A stretch of 64,000 nt of DNA from Hydrolagus affinis (GCA_012026655.1 JAAILG010001424.1:1-64000), one strand, 5' to 3'; positions 23,335 through 36,546 are shown, counted from the stretch's first letter. The notes: generated from the letters alone by a model not told the origin. Made by a program: numbers and translations.

Positions 23335-23857
23335 ACATACTATAGTAGATAGTAATATAGTAAAATCTTCTAAACAATCAAAACAGTACACATTATGGTG
23401 TCTCCAAATAGGATAGAAAGCAGAAATAGCTGGGACATGCAAACAGATGAATATGTGCCCATTCAATTGTATAGATTTCTTGGGTGGAAGGTTGCAAACC
23501 ATTAACTATTAAGAACCAACACCCTCTTTAGTTATTGCAGAATGCTGAGGGTCCCTTATTGCTGCAAGATCTATTTTGGAATTGTTTAAAGTAGCAGAGC
23601 GAGTCTTCCTTTGAAATATTTATTTGTGTGAATGAAGTTGGCTTCAACCCAGTGCCCACCCCATCTTGTTCAACACTCCTGCCAGTGTTAACTGCAGAAT
23701 ATTTATGCAGATGCTGGGAATATGATTCCCCCTTATTTAAGTATCAGAGTCCTATATTATTCCCAGTCCATATTAGGGCGTGGTTATGGATCAGGTTTAC
23801 TTTACTGTAGCTTATTGAGATACACTCAATAACCTTAAGCTTATTAAGGATACAAAC

Positions 23858-23937
23858 CTTGAAGTGATTTTTCAGAAACTGATTTCATCTCTTTGTTTTT
23901 TGACCTTTTGGCTTTGTCAGTTTTGTATACTGATTGA
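23858..23937 (-). CDS. CFAP46: CFAP46 exon 42
   Basis: QSVYKTDKAKRSKNKEMKSVSEKSLQ; phase 2-1 bridges its neighbours. Confidence 0.8.
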
Positions 23938-24070
23938 CTGAAACATAAATAATTATTGCATAGAACAGTGTTAACTTGTATCCACCAGAAAAATAAATTC
24001 AATGTTCTATTGTAGCAACTGGAATTAGTAACTGATTTTATTTTAGATCTGCTACATTATAAACACTTAC

Positions 24071-24189
24071 CCAAAGATTGAAAAGTCAAACTGTGACAAA
24101 ACAGGCCTCAAATAAGCTTCCAAGGCTTCAGAAATGTTGTTGAAGTGTGCAAGAAGCATACTTTTATTGGTGACAGCATTTTCTGTATC
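24071..24189 (-). CDS. CFAP46: CFAP46 exon 41
   Basis: DTENAVTNKSMLLAHFNNISEALEAYLRPVLSQFDFSIF; phase 0-2. Confidence 0.85.
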
Positions 24190-25180
24190 CTTTTTCATTT
24201 AGAATGAATCAATTAGTCAAATTTATATTTCAAACCACATAAAGTTCAATTTCTAATAACATGCACACTTTGATAGTAAAGCACAAATAGTTTCACGAGT
24301 CATTCTTATAGAACAGTGCAGAAGATGCCTGCAGAAGATATTTGCAATGTAATAAATGATAAGCAAATAAACATCATAGAGACAAGGGATAGTTTCTTAA
24401 TTATAAAGTAGCACAAACAGAAAGAAATGCAGTTAAGTAGTAAATTAAAAACATAAGAAGGGAAAGAGCAGGGTCAAAAACGCAATTCATTACTGTTAAT
24501 CAATCAAGCTCAAATGTTGATAAATCAATGCAACATACCATGATGTAAAATGAAATGTTATTTCAACAAACCACAAAGAATTTTATTTTAAGTGCAAACA
24601 TTTCAATTGAATTTTGCAATATCATTTGTTCGAATCAGCTGATTACCAGTAAACCTATTACCGTGTTTAAGAGTACTGTACACAAATAATGCGGAGTTAC
24701 ACATACAATTGTGTAACGTGGAAACGTCCCTGTTTCTGGAATGGAATACAGATTCTCCCTCAGAGGAATGCATTAATAGGGATGCATTAATTAATAGAGG
24801 AATACATTAATTAGGGATGGACAGGCTCCCCTGAAAGGGCTCGGGATTTTCAGGTAAATGTGGTGCCAATTCTGCATAAAACCACTGCCTGTTTAAAAAT
24901 CTTTGTCTTGGATTAGACAGAAGAGTGGGATGCAGATGTTGGTTGGCTAGCATGGCTGTTATTCTTCACAGAAGATAGACTCTGGGTATTTGTCCGAGCT
25001 GTTACTAATTTTGTCATCAGGGGTTCTTGGAAACTATCCACAGGGGCACACGGAAAATTGCCCACGAACAACAATAATTTGAACAAATATAGTGCCCTTC
25101 ATGCACGGTAGCATCTCCAAGTTCTTAAAGCAGGGGCACTCAGAGCAGGGGTAGACATAGCCTGTCTTCCCCTGCTAATT

Positions 25181-25270
25181 AACAACAACAACAACAACAA
25201 ATTACATTTATAGAGCGCCTTTCACGTCGGGAGGACGTCCCAAAGCGCTGCACAGGGGGAGTGTGACCCG
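25181..25270 (-). mobile_element. L2 LINE extreme 3' end
   Basis: (AAC)7 tail plus gagcgcctttcacgtcgggaggacgtcccaaagcgctg. Confidence 0.8.
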
Positions 25271-25663
25271 AAATATTATACACAGGCACAAATGAATATT
25301 AATGATATGCATAACACATTCAACTACTGTATATGGATACCAATAAAGAACTATTTTAGGTGATTCCCTTAACAAATGTAATTCAAGGTGACTTTGGAAA
25401 ATCAGATGCGGTAACAGTTTGAAGGAAAAAAAAAGTAAAACCCGATAAGGTTGCTGGGCTACAAATGTAGTGTTATTACTCTATTTATAATAAAAGAAAA
25501 GGTAACATTAATGACAAATCTTTTGAAAAATTGTATGTATTTGTCAAATAAATGAATAGATAAATTATATATACATACACACACTTCTCGAAGATGTGAT
25601 GAGGCTCTATATCAAAATCAAGTATTATTATTATATAGAATATGTGATGGGGGTTTTGTTTTT

Positions 25664-26370
25664 ACAACAACAAACAAAATTACATTTATAGAGCGCCTTT
25701 CACNNNNNNNNNNNNNNNNNNNNNNNNNNNNNNNNNNNNNNNNNNNNNNNNNNNNNNNNNNNNNNNNNNNNNNNNNNNNNNNNNNNNNNNNNNNNNNNNN
25801 NNNGAGAGAGGGAGGTGAAGGGACTGTGGGATGGAGTTCCAGTGTGGGGGCAGAGAGGCTGAAAGACAGTTCAGGATCGAACAAGACGCCCAAATTCCTA
25901 ACTAGCTTAGAGAGGTGGAGAGTGCAGCCTTGGATGCTGATAGTGTCAGTACCTGAGGTGCAGAGGCGCTGATGTGAGCCAATCAGAAGGGCCTCAGTCT
26001 TGCGGACTTTCAGCTGGAGAATGTTGTTTTTTGTCCAGGACACAATGACAGACTGGCAGTCAGGACTCTGGAAGTCGTGGAGTTGAGGATGGAAGCGGAA
26101 AGGTAGAGTTGGGTGTCATCTGCATACATGTGGAAATTTACCCCATGTCTGCGGATGATGTCACCGAGGGGGAGCATGTAGAGTGTGAAGAGGAAAGAGG
26201 AGGGGATCAAGAACAGAGCCCTGAGGAATGCTGTACAAGACAGTGCAGGGGCTAGAGGAAAAGACGTTGGCGGATACAAAGTCTAGGCGGTGTGAAAGGT
26301 AAGACCGGAACCACTCAAAGACGGAGCCTTGAAAGTTGAAGTGAGAGGAGAGGTGGTGGAGGAGGATTAA
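25664..26370 (-). mobile_element. L2 LINE fragment with reverse transcriptase remnant (spans N gap)
   Basis: PQGSVL; [29 protein letters not shown]; VRNLGVLFDPELSF; frameshifted. Confidence 0.92.
25704..25803. other. Assembly gap (100 N)
   Basis: Run of N. Confidence 1.
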
Positions 26371-26947
26371 CAATGTTTTAACATATCTTCATAGGCTTAA
26401 TAGTTATAAACTTATAAACGTCATCCGTGTGTCATGGATTCATGGTAGAGGAAGCTGGTGCTACGTTTCAGTTGTTCACTTAAGATGTTCCGGTGCCTTG
26501 GGACCTCCTCCCGACGTGAAAGGTGCTCTATGAATGTAATTTTGTTGTTGTTTGTTGTTGTTTATGGAAAGTATATTCTAGTCATTAATTATTGACATGG
26601 AATTAGAAATAACAGTTGATGTAAATCACATCCATTCTAGCTCCTTGCTGGCATCTTTGTATGGTTCCCTTGAATGCAACTGTGAAGCAACTTTTTTGGA
26701 GGATGACATCTAAGGCTAAATAATTTAGAGCTATTCACATTGTTGTTCTGAAATTTTGCCACAGTTTTGCAAACCGCTCCATATGTTCACTCTGTATGTG
26801 TTCTCCAAAAAGGTGTTTGGGATTACAGTTAATACAATGAAAATAAATGAAGCACAAAACTGATAATCTTAACAAAAACATACAAGACCACCATATATAT
26901 ATAGATTATGTGGACCCTCACTCTGTCTTAGAACAAATATTTTGTAC

Positions 26948-27072
26948 CTTGTTGCATTTGAGAAAGTAATTCATTAGATTCTGCTTATGCTTGCGGAATC
27001 TTTGCAGCAGGTGTGAAAATACTGTAGGATCAACTGAAGCTCGCGCAATTTTAGCTTGGGTTAGACTTTGAC
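26948..27072 (-). CDS. CFAP46: CFAP46 exon 40
   Basis: QSLTQAKIARASVDPTVFSHLLQRFRKHKQNLMNYFLKCNK; phase 1-0. Confidence 0.9.
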
Positions 27073-27467
27073 CTGAAAAAAGTATAGAAATATTATTTTG
27101 TTAATAGACAATGATTTTATTAAATGAGAAAATACAGCTCAGCTGCATATAAAGGTCTGAAAACAACAACAAATTGCATTTAAACAGCACCTTTTGCTTC
27201 GGGAGGATGTCTCAAGGTGCTATAAATATGGGGTATCAGGAAAGTTCCCAAGTGTTCCTATGAATGGTTCCCAAGCATCCCAGTCACAATTCACTCACTC
27301 AATGATAGCTCCTTGGCCAATATAAGAATGATATTGGTACAGGTTATTATTCACCTATGAAGCTGAGCTTAACTTGGATCTTGAAGGGAGAATACATTCA
27401 AAATGTATTCAAATACAAAGTTACAATTACAAAATAAGCAAATAATTCAAAATATTAAATAGCTTAC

Positions 27468-27538
27468 TTCCTTGAGAGGCTTTGATTTTTTGTCCAGCAG
27501 ATTTTGGTTTTTCGAGAAGTGCTCCATATAAAAGGGTC
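27468..27538 (-). CDS. CFAP46: CFAP46 exon 39
   Basis: TLLYGALLEKPKSAGQKIKASQG; phase 2-1. Confidence 0.9.
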
Positions 27539-27616
27539 CTAGAGGAAGCTTACAATATTATATGTAACAATAATAGCAACAATAACTTACATTTATAAGG
27601 CGCCCCTCACATAAAA

Positions 27617-28015
27617 ACATGAGAATTAGGAGCAGGAGCAGGCCATTTGGCCCCTCGAGCCTACCCCGCCATTCAATAAGATCATGGCTGATATATTCTA
27701 ATTCCACCTACCCGCCTTATCCCCATATCCATTTATCCACAAGAAATCTATCAATCTCAGTCTTGAATATGTTCAAGGACTGAGCATCTACCCCTTTGGG
27801 GTAGAGAATTCCATAAATTCATTACCCTCTGAGTGAAGAAGTTTTTTCTCAATTCAGTGCGAAAGGGCTGACCCCTAATTTTAAGACTGTGAGCCCTGGT
27901 TATAGTTTCTCCAACCGGGGGAAAAAGTCTCCCACTATCTATTCTGTCGTGCCCCTTAATAATCTTATAGGTTTCTATAAGATCATCTCTCATTCTTCTA
28001 TATGCCAGAGAATAT
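27617..28015 (-). mobile_element. CR1 LINE 3' fragment nested in an L2-like 3' end (about 27570-28230)
   Basis: LYSLAYRRMRDDLIETYKIIKG...FFTQRVMNLWNSLP, CR1 ORF2 C-terminus plus 3' UTR. Confidence 0.9.
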
Positions 28016-28879
28016 AGGCCTAGATTGCAGGGCAGTGTTCCAAAGAGCTTGACGGTGGAGCATGAAGCCGAGCTGGGGAGAGGTCTTTGTTGGCCTCTTC
28101 GGGAAGGTCTTCCTGAAGAAGGGGTAGGAAGGGGCAAGGCGAAAGGCGAAAGGATAGAGGAAGAGTGTTCTAGAGTGGAAAGTGGTGGAAAGGGAGGGCA
28201 CAAGGGAGAGGCAGAAGGGGGAGTCTTCCTAAAACATCATTATTTTAACGTGTCACTCATCTCCATATTAATTCACTCCCCAAATTAAGACGACCTTCCC
28301 ATCATGTGGTTTATTTTAGGATAGAAGCAACTCAGATTTCAAATTGTTCAGTGTACATTAATGTGATTCCAGTCATGTGAATCTGTACTCAAGTTCAAAT
28401 TATTGGTGCTGTTGATTTTTATCTGTAAACTGATGCATGTCTGTTTGGGAAACAGAATATATTTTCTCATCCATCAGTGTCAACCTCTTCCAGGCAAATT
28501 ATGGACAAGTTAGATGGAGGGTAAATTGTTCACTGTGTGACTAACACTTTAGGAACATAAATGATCTACTTGACATTTGGTACATTTTGCAAAACTCTAT
28601 GCAGGTGCTTAATCACATATGTGTAAACCTCCCTTCAACGTGGAAATACTCCCATGTTAGGAAATATCCAAATAATAAAACTACAGTTTTAGAAATAATT
28701 TACCTTTCATATATTACAAGAATATCTGTAAAATGAAAAGAAGAATTTTGGCAAATTTTGAAAATAGACTGTAGCAGTGCACCCTACTGAAAATGTAAAT
28801 GGACACAATCAAGTATGAACAACTAAAAGATATGTGTTTGTGCATATAGAAAAATGCACAGAAAATATTACATTCAGAC

Positions 28880-28977
28880 CTGTCTTCAGAGTGCTGAAGA
28901 ATGATGATATTAAAGTTGGAAGGAAATTCGTTCAACAGACTGAAGTGCTGGGGATGAATTGAGATGTTTTCCCATGC
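28880..28977 (-). CDS. CFAP46: CFAP46 exon 38
   Basis: AWENISIHPQHFSLLNEFPSNFNIIILQHSED; phase 0-2. Confidence 0.92.
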
Positions 28978-29099
28978 CTGTAAAGTGAAGAATTAGGCTA
29001 TATTCAATATATACCTGTATGCATAACAAACAGGAAGTAACGTTAAAATGACAAGCTAATGTACCAGAAGTTGGTCATTTTAGTACAAAAAGCTATACA

Positions 29100-29950
29100 A
29101 GATATGGGCCAGCTGCCTGCACATGCAGTGAATGCAACAAATGCTGTTTCTACCTGTACCCAGTGCTGAAAGGTTTGGGTCTGGCAGAATTACCTTGCAA
29201 AGTCCCAGAGAGTTCCATCCCAGATCCCCCAAGTATTCACCGAGTGGACCGAGCGGCAAGTAGTTGAAACAGTTCAAAGGGGGGAAGAGAGCAGATCTGA
29301 TCGAGAGGTACTCTGCAACGACAGCCTATGTCTGGCAGAACGCCTCACCATTGGCCATGACCAATAACCATCAGGATATGGCCTGACTTTCAATAAAACA
29401 GGCCTACCCTCCACCTCAAGGCTATCATGCACGGTCCAGGTCAGGGACAGTCAGCACGCTACCCTCGGGCCGACTGCAGAGGAGAGGAGACCGTGGACCA
29501 ACTTTTCAGAGAGTGTTGGTTCACAAAAGTGGTTTACAAAAAGATGGAATGCATACTCTCACGGTTCTTCCCTTGGGACCCGCTGTCATAGCACTCAGTG
29601 ATGTACGGCCTCTTCCTGGGCACCCACAGTGCGCACGGATGTAGTGCACACTGGGGCGTTTCCCCGACTGTTTCAAAGTGAGTATCCCAAAAAGAATGTG
29701 CACAACCTCTCCACTAAGAGGAGAAGGATAGGGAGGGGGTACAAAACCTCATTTGTCACTGCACCCTGCAAAGGCGGGGAAGTCTTGGTTATTTCACCAA
29801 AGTGGAGTCTGCAGAGGCTATTTCTGGGAGTTGGGTCTGTTGTGTTCTGTCACGGGATAATAACATGTTGCGTCCCCTTTTCTGTAACAGATTTGATACT
29901 GTCTGAGACAAGCGTAATTATATACCAACAAATAAATATTTTAATTTAAA
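29100..29950 (+). mobile_element. Tx1/L1-clade LINE 3' fragment (decayed)
   Basis: VWQNASPLAMTNNHQDMA*L and YPRADCRGEETVDQLFRECWF (degenerate zf-RVT knuckle); AATAAA and A-rich end near 29931. Confidence 0.7.
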
Positions 29951-30316
29951 AATACAGTGAATGGAGACACATTGCAACTGCATTATAAACCCACCATAAA
30001 GAAGCACATCACTGAAGTTGTGCCCTCTATATCATGTAGAGTCACATTTCATATAGAGAGATCTCTACACAACAACATAATTAAATTTGTAAAGTGCCTT
30101 TCGGGTTGAGAGGACGTCCCACAGTACTGAATAGTTGGGGGTCATGATCCGAGCATGGGAGAAAACTACATTACTGAGCACTGGAGAACAATACTCTGAA
30201 TCACCCACCAGTCTGACATCATCTTTCTGACTTCTACCCTCCAGCAAATTCCTCATCCATGCCTGGAGACCAACAATATAGTTCATTTTTTAGAAATGCA
30301 TTTCCCTAATTCTTAC

Positions 30317-30481
30317 CCCAAAAGTTTCAAGTCTTTCATTCACTGTCTTGAGTAAAAGTTTATTCAATCGATCCTCACTTAGCTTCTGTTGAAGATTTGT
30401 TAATGCTGCAAGCTGGGAACTGCTGGTATTACATATTACTTTCTCCAGGACATTTTTCAACATCACTGTAGCTCTGCAACT
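30317..30481 (-). CDS. CFAP46: CFAP46 exon 37
   Basis: SCRATVMLKNVLEKVICNTSSSQLAALTNLQQKL...; phase 0-0. Confidence 0.93.
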
Positions 30482-30681
30482 CTGGAAAAGTTTTAAAAGA
30501 AAGTTTAGACATTTGATGATCTGAAAGCTGTTAGTGTAACCAGAAATGTACTTTTTTGTGAATTTTAAGTCTACAGATACATAAGCAGTGAAACTCTGAT
30601 AACTTGTCGCCCAGGTGAAATGACTCAACTGATTACTTATCAGAGTTGACTGATTATTGAAAGTACAGTATCTTCAAAGTA

Positions 30682-30948
30682 CAGGTATCCCCCACTTAAC
30701 GAAAGGGTTAGGGACTTCAAAATCCCTCGTTAAGCGAAAATTGCGTTAAGCGGGCTGGTGGGAGATGCCTACTGTATTTCCGTACATGAAAAAAATTGTT
30801 CCTAGTAATGCCTTGCGCTTAACCTAGTGTTAACATTTACAGTGTATCAGCGACGGCATAAGGTAGGTAGCACTGCTATTGAAGGCAGGGAGAGAGAGTT
30901 AAAGAGAAAGAGACAGAGAGAGAGAGACTGTGAGTGAGATTGTGACAG
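30682..30948. mobile_element. Tigger/pogo-like element left end with (GA)n, runs into gap
   Basis: TA|CAGGTATCCCCCACTTAACG with cgttaagcg subterminal repeats. Confidence 0.7.
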
Positions 30949-31226
30949 NNNNNNNNNNNNNNNNNNNNNNNNNNNNNNNNNNNNNNNNNNNNNNNNNNNN
31001 NNNNNNNNNNNNNNNNNNNNNNNNNNNNNNNNNNNNNNNNNNNNNNNNNNNNNNNNNNNNNNNNNNNNNNNNNNNNNNNNNNNNNNNNNNNNNNNNNNNN
31101 NNNNNNNNNNNNNNNNNNNNNNNNNNNNNNNNNNNNNNNNNNNNNNNNNNNNNNNNNNNNNNNNNNNNNNNNNNNNNNNNNNNNNNNNNNNNNNNNNNNN
31201 NNNNNNNNNNNNNNNNNNNNNNNNNN
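30949..31226. other. Assembly gap (278 N)
   Basis: Run of N. Confidence 1.
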
Positions 31227-31233
31227 AGAGAGA

Positions 31234-31341
31234 GATATATCAATATATCGGTATATATCGATATATCGGCGATATCGGTATATATCGATATGGGCAAACC
31301 GATGTATCAATATCAGAAAATTTCCATATCAACGGACCCTA
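31234..31341. mobile_element. hAT-type CGATAT MITE, copy 3 (right part only)
   Basis: Matches right ends of copies 1 and 2; ends ACGGACCCTA. Confidence 0.85.
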
Positions 31342-31635
31342 CTGTAAAGTGGATTGATACTATATGTAGAGGGCAAAATGCACCAGCCAATTGCACACAG
31401 CAATGTGTTATAAGCAGTCATGGATTGAATCTCAAATTAGAAATAAACACAGGAAAGAAAAAGTGATCAAAAGTTTGTTACAACATCGAAGAAAAAAAAC
31501 AGCTTTGCCTGAGCTATTTTGCTGATGAAATTTAATTAACAATTAAGAAGAAAATAGTGTATGTTTATTCATCCATTCTGTGGAACAAGTTCAAACTCCT
31601 TGTGACATGCATGAAGTTCTAATCAATCACCATAC

Positions 31636-31815
31636 CTGATAGAGTGCTAAATAATGCCCTGCTGAAACCGGATCAAACTGGCCGAAACATTCAACCATTT
31701 CAAGACTGGCTGCCTCTGTGCACTCAGTATATTTGTAGAGTAGTGCCCAGTTTATTGATTGCATCAGAATCTCATTCGCCTGAGCCAGGTACCTCTGAGA
31801 CAGGATTCTGTCATG
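31636..31815 (-). CDS. CFAP46: CFAP46 exon 36
   Basis: HDRILSQRYLAQANEILMQS...AASLEMVECFGQFDPVSAGHYLALYQ; phase 0-0. Confidence 0.95.
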
Positions 31816-31965
31816 CTTTAAATAAACAGAGAATAAGATGAGATGTAGAAACTTCCTAACTTACATTTGTTTGCATGAATAATACTAAACAGTAACCTTA
31901 CGAAACTATTCACAACAATTAATTAGATGTATCTGTAAAGTACAACTATATTGAAGTGCTAGTAC

Positions 31966-32073
31966 CTTCAATTGCTTGGCTTTTGCAACACATTTTGCCA
32001 TTTGCTGTGTGCTCACTGGTATATCATCATCGTTTTCTTCTGCTTCCAAACTTTTGTTGTCCATCACATCAAA
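31966..32073 (-). CDS. CFAP46: CFAP46 exon 35
   Basis: FDVMDNKSLEAEENDDDIPVSTQQMAKCVAKAKQLK; phase 0-0. Confidence 0.8.
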
Positions 32074-33727
32074 CTGAAAATGATTTACATTAATGATAAA
32101 TAGTTAGAGCCACCAATCTGTAATAACAATAATACTATAAATGATAAATATTAAGAGTATTTTATGGCATAGAGGAAATACACCCATATTTTCATCACAA
32201 ATGAGTGTACTGAACATGAGGTCTCCATTCTTGGTCCATCCAATTTGGCGATATATCTACAGGCATAGGAACCACTTGACATCCAATTTCAGTCTCTCTC
32301 TCTCTGCCTCTTCCATGATTTCAGGACAATTACTGTTCAGGGTGATTGCCTGTCAGACGTGGAATACTAACCCAAGGCTCTCCTGCTTGGCCTCCAATCA
32401 GCTGGCAATTCTCACGTGCAAATTTTTCTCCAGTCTTATGTAATGCTCAATTCAAATATCTTATTGATTCTTCACTATACCGTGCAACTTTATTTTCTAC
32501 CAAACTTCTGCAAGTGACTATATTTTCAGGTAATCAAAGTGTTAGTGGATGAGTTGAATTGCTTTAATGTACAATGGACAGGATCATTTGACTGTCGAAG
32601 ATGCTTTTGGGACTTTTGGCCATCAAAACTGTTCATCTATCATCCCCATTTCCACTGTTAGACTGACATTTCACAGCAGATTGATTTGGTCACCTGTACA
32701 ATGATAGGTATATGACAGGTATAATGCAACCACGTCACTTTTCAATCGATTTAACAAATCTGTTTAGTTTGATTTGAGCCAATGAAAATCACCTTTTAAA
32801 AAGTTATTTCCACATGCAACGTGTACAGTGAGTGGAAAAAGATAATTTTTTCAAGATAGAAATAAGTTGAAAATAGTTTTAAAAAATTGACATTGAAAGC
32901 TTTTGGCAGTTTTATAAATGTTTATTTTTTTGTTTGTGTTACTTGTAAGTGTGTACTCAATTTCAGAATTATTCACAAATATACCTTAATCAGTTTGTAT
33001 GTTTGTTCAATTAAACAAGCAAATGATCAGATTAAACAAAACTTTCTTCAATGCTTTCAAATTCTCTTATAACTTCCCATTTTAGATACTACACAAAATG
33101 AGAAAAATAGGAGCAACAATTTTGAAGAAATAGTTTTCCCCTTTTGTAAATCGATTTCTCTATCAATTTTTTTAAACCTTCCTTTCAGGTGTTAATTGGT
33201 AGATACGAGTCTAAGTTGAGAGAGTCCCCAGTTTCAGCCAGGACCATAGTTCAGCTAAGAGACACTCGAGAATCACAGATAGTTTCTTGTGCCCTCTAAT
33301 AAAAATAATCATATTATCTCAACGCCCGCCTTTAAAAGCTCAGATATGATCAGGAAATGGTCATGATGGGTATTGTGATGAAGAATCCCAATGAGTCTTA
33401 CATTAAAACTGAGAAATAATAAATCCATCACACCTTCAATTTAATTAAGTATAGTGTTTATATTTTCTGTATATGGCAGGAATTCTGAATTTGAACTTCT
33501 GCATCAATTCAAACACATGTTGAGCATAGTATCTAGCATTTTAGAGTCACATCAGTTGGATTTCTCAATACAAAATTGTTCTGTATTGCTTAGTTTAACT
33601 ATCCCTGTGCAGTTGATATTCTTTATAACAAAACACAAACAAATCTTAAAAGAGAATTTTTTTGGTACAGGAGTTTCAAACAATAAAGATATTTCCAAAT
33701 AGAAATGATTACATTTTAAGAGTTTAC

Positions 33728-33916
33728 CTTCATTTGTTGTACCCAAATGTGACCAAGATGAATCGGATCTAGCTGGACAGCCAACCACCGTAGACATTTT
33801 CCAGTGAGATAGAGACATTTTGTTTTTATTTCTGGTGAACCAGTCTTCAGACGACAACCAGTCTGCAGTTGTAACAGAGCATTTTGTCCCAATACCTTGG
33901 ATACTGTTACCCATTC
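33728..33916 (-). CDS. CFAP46: CFAP46 exon 34
   Basis: EWVTVSKVLGQNALLQL...KCLYLTGKCLRWLAVQLDPIH; phase 0-0. Confidence 0.93.
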
Positions 33917-34435
33917 CTGCATACAGACAGGAGCATAAATTACTGCAAAATACATTTTGGGTTACAATATTATCCCACCTTGGATCAGATCTTGTAATTT
34001 GCCAATTAGGGTTAGGAGCCACTCAAGACACAGAGTGATTTGACGCAGTGGCGCAGCATGGCAATTTTTTCTACATTAACATATTTCAAATAGCTGGGAA
34101 TACAAATGAATGGGGACCGGGCATTTTAGCAGATTTACCAGGTTGTCGTGTTAAAGACGCTGTATTTGAATAATTGTAAAACCATATAAAGTCAGCAACC
34201 AATTAATTTTATTACTACTGTGCCATGTCCTAAAATTTATATTTTTACTAATACATTAAAAAAAGAAAATTATTTCAATTTAGGTACTCAATTCAGATGA
34301 TATTCATAAGTTTAGTAGTGTTTAAACACTTAAGATAATGATTCACTTACATAATGCAGTATATATGTAACATTTACTGTATCAGTAATTTGCACAAAAT
34401 TCCCATAAGTATATGTTAAGTCCATTTTCAAGTAC

Positions 34436-34633
34436 CTCTTCTGTAGAGGTGTAGTCAGGAGTGGAACGGATGAATTCTTCAATGGTTCTCTGCATCAATT
34501 TCTTTTCTCGTTCTGCTTCAGCTTTCTTCTTCTCTTTAATAATTACCAACTGAAACATATCCAAAATCAACTCCGCAAAGATTATCTTGACACATGCCAG
34601 TTTCTCAGTTGCAGGCAAACATATAGTTGCAAC
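34436..34633 (-). CDS. CFAP46: CFAP46 exon 33
   Basis: VATICLPATEKLACVK...IEEFIRSTPDYTSTEE; phase 0-0. Confidence 0.93.
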
Positions 34634-34938
34634 CTAAAAATAAGTAACAGATAAACAATGTGAAGAAAAATAAAGCAATCTTTGTTTTTAAAAAAGATTT
34701 GTATCGAAATACTTGACATTTAGAATGTAAACAACATGTTTTAAAACCTGAACCCTGTACAGTTTTTTATATATGCTGAAATGTAATCAAACAGTCAAAT
34801 GTTCTACAAATGTGTATTTTCTGAGACATAGTACAAAAATTCTACTATTGTACTTTTGTTTCTACTTAATTTTCTATTGTACTTTAACTCATTTTCCTTC
34901 ATGGTCACTTAATGATACTTATTTAATCGTTGCCCATA

Positions 34939-35345
34939 CTACAACAAAATTACATTTTAGAGCGCCTTTCATGTTGGGAGGATGTCCCAAGGTGCTGAAC
35001 AGTCAGGGGTCAGCACCCAAGTATGGGGTGTGGGAGCAAGATTGAGATGATGGAGGAGAGGCAGGATGGCGACTGAAGGCACAGTCAAAGAGGAGGGTTC
35101 GTGAGACCAGTCTTGAAAGAGGTAGGGGAGAGAAGGGAGCAAGGCAAAGGGATTACAGGATGCAGTTCCAAAGCATAGGGGCAGAGAGGTTGAAAGCCTG
35201 GCCGGCGATGGTAGGGGTGGTCTGGCAGGAGTCATGGAGCAGGCTGAACAGAGGCAGCAGACGGGTTGATAGGGGGTCAGCAGATCAGAGAGGCAGGAGG
35301 CGCAACATCCTGGAGGCCCTTGAAAATGAGGACAAGGATCCACTG
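34939..35345 (-). mobile_element. L2 LINE 3' fragment
   Basis: acaacaaaattacattttagagcgcctttcatgttgggagg plus ORF2 remnants. Confidence 0.8.
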
Positions 35346-35802
35346 TTACCCACAGTGTAATTATCATTACTATCAAAAAAAAATACCAGGGTTTTCTAAA
35401 TGGCATGATTTCTAGTTGAATAACTTTTATCTGCCATTATTATAGATTTAGAATGGCATGATTATTTTCAATAAAAATCCTTGCATTTGATATCCTTGCA
35501 TAATCATAATCTACAGGATTATACTATTGGTTGTAGTTGTCCAGAAACATGACGGCCAATTTCCATACAACAATTTTCCACAAAAAGCCATGCATTGTAC
35601 ATTATAGTAGTGGATTAACAACAACACAACAAAATTGTCCTCAGGTCCTCACGTCAGGAGGATGTCCCAAAGCACTGAACCACAATCATTACCACAATGA
35701 TTGGGATTGATCGCTTGGGGGTTAAGGAGACAGTGTGAATACTTGGACAAGACAGCACCAAAATACAAATTAGCTGCAGCCCAATTTAAAAAAAAGTTTT
35801 AC

Positions 35803-35938
35803 GTAAGTAAGTGGTAACAAGATCATCAACTCCCTGAAGATGTCCTCTTCAATCAGAACAGCCTTTTCCATCATTCCATATGCAGCTAAGAGGTGACTGT
35901 GTTTCAGTTCCTCATCTTCACTGTAATTGGCAAGTGTT
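35803..35938 (-). CDS. CFAP46: CFAP46 exon 32
   Basis: TLANYSEDEELKHSHLLAAYGMMEKAVLIEEDIF...; phase 2-0. Confidence 0.88.
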
Positions 35939-36017
35939 CTTCAAAGGAAAAGGAGAAGGAAAGAGTTCGAATAATTCAGATACAAATATAGCTTAGGATC
36001 TAATTCCTAAACTTTAT

Positions 36018-36327
36018 TAATAATCCTTGCATTTGCATTTGATATAGCGCTTTTCACATCTTCTAGACATCTCAAAGTGCTTCACAGAATATATTGTAAA
36101 GTGAATTGACTGTATATTTGTTTGCGAAACGCAGCAGCCAATTGCGCCCAGCAGTGTCCCACAACAGTCGTGGATTGAAATGACCAATTTATTATAGTTT
36201 TTTTTGGAGGTATCATTATTAGGTATATGGAGTAAAGAAACTTTGTTTCGCCCTGACCTAACTGGATTCGAAACACAGGTCTCACTCTTATAAGGCATGT
36301 GCTCTAACCACTAAGCTACAGAACTCC
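36018..36327 (-). mobile_element. Full-length SINE (family A)
   Basis: tRNA-like head with A and B boxes, shared body and tail. Confidence 0.9.
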
Positions 36328-36546
36328 ACAAAGTGCTTTTGTTCTTTTTCACTACTTACCTCCCAGCAAAAACAAAAAACATGAGAATGCAATGCTCAGC
36401 AATTTTTTGTTTAATTACTATGTCTGTGTGAATGTGGACATTCTTAGAAAAGTGAAAGCTTTGAATGAGCATTTTTTCCTCTAATTTCCTTCATACCCTG
36501 TAATTTGGAAGAGCTGTATTATTCGGCTGGGGTCAAGTAGACATAC

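Noticed and set aside
24762-24820. Short tandem duplication gaggaatgcattaatagggatg
   Set aside because: Ordinary local slippage duplication
26740-26791. Possible small exon SEHMERFAKLWQNFRTT
   Set aside because: Weak acceptor and donor phase incompatible with exons 40 and 41
33178-33296. Exon-like segment after a TTATTAG acceptor
   Set aside because: In-frame TGA in the required phase 0
33552-34022. 156-aa minus-strand ORF
   Set aside because: Alternative frame over exon 34; the conserved frame is the 33716-33955 ORF
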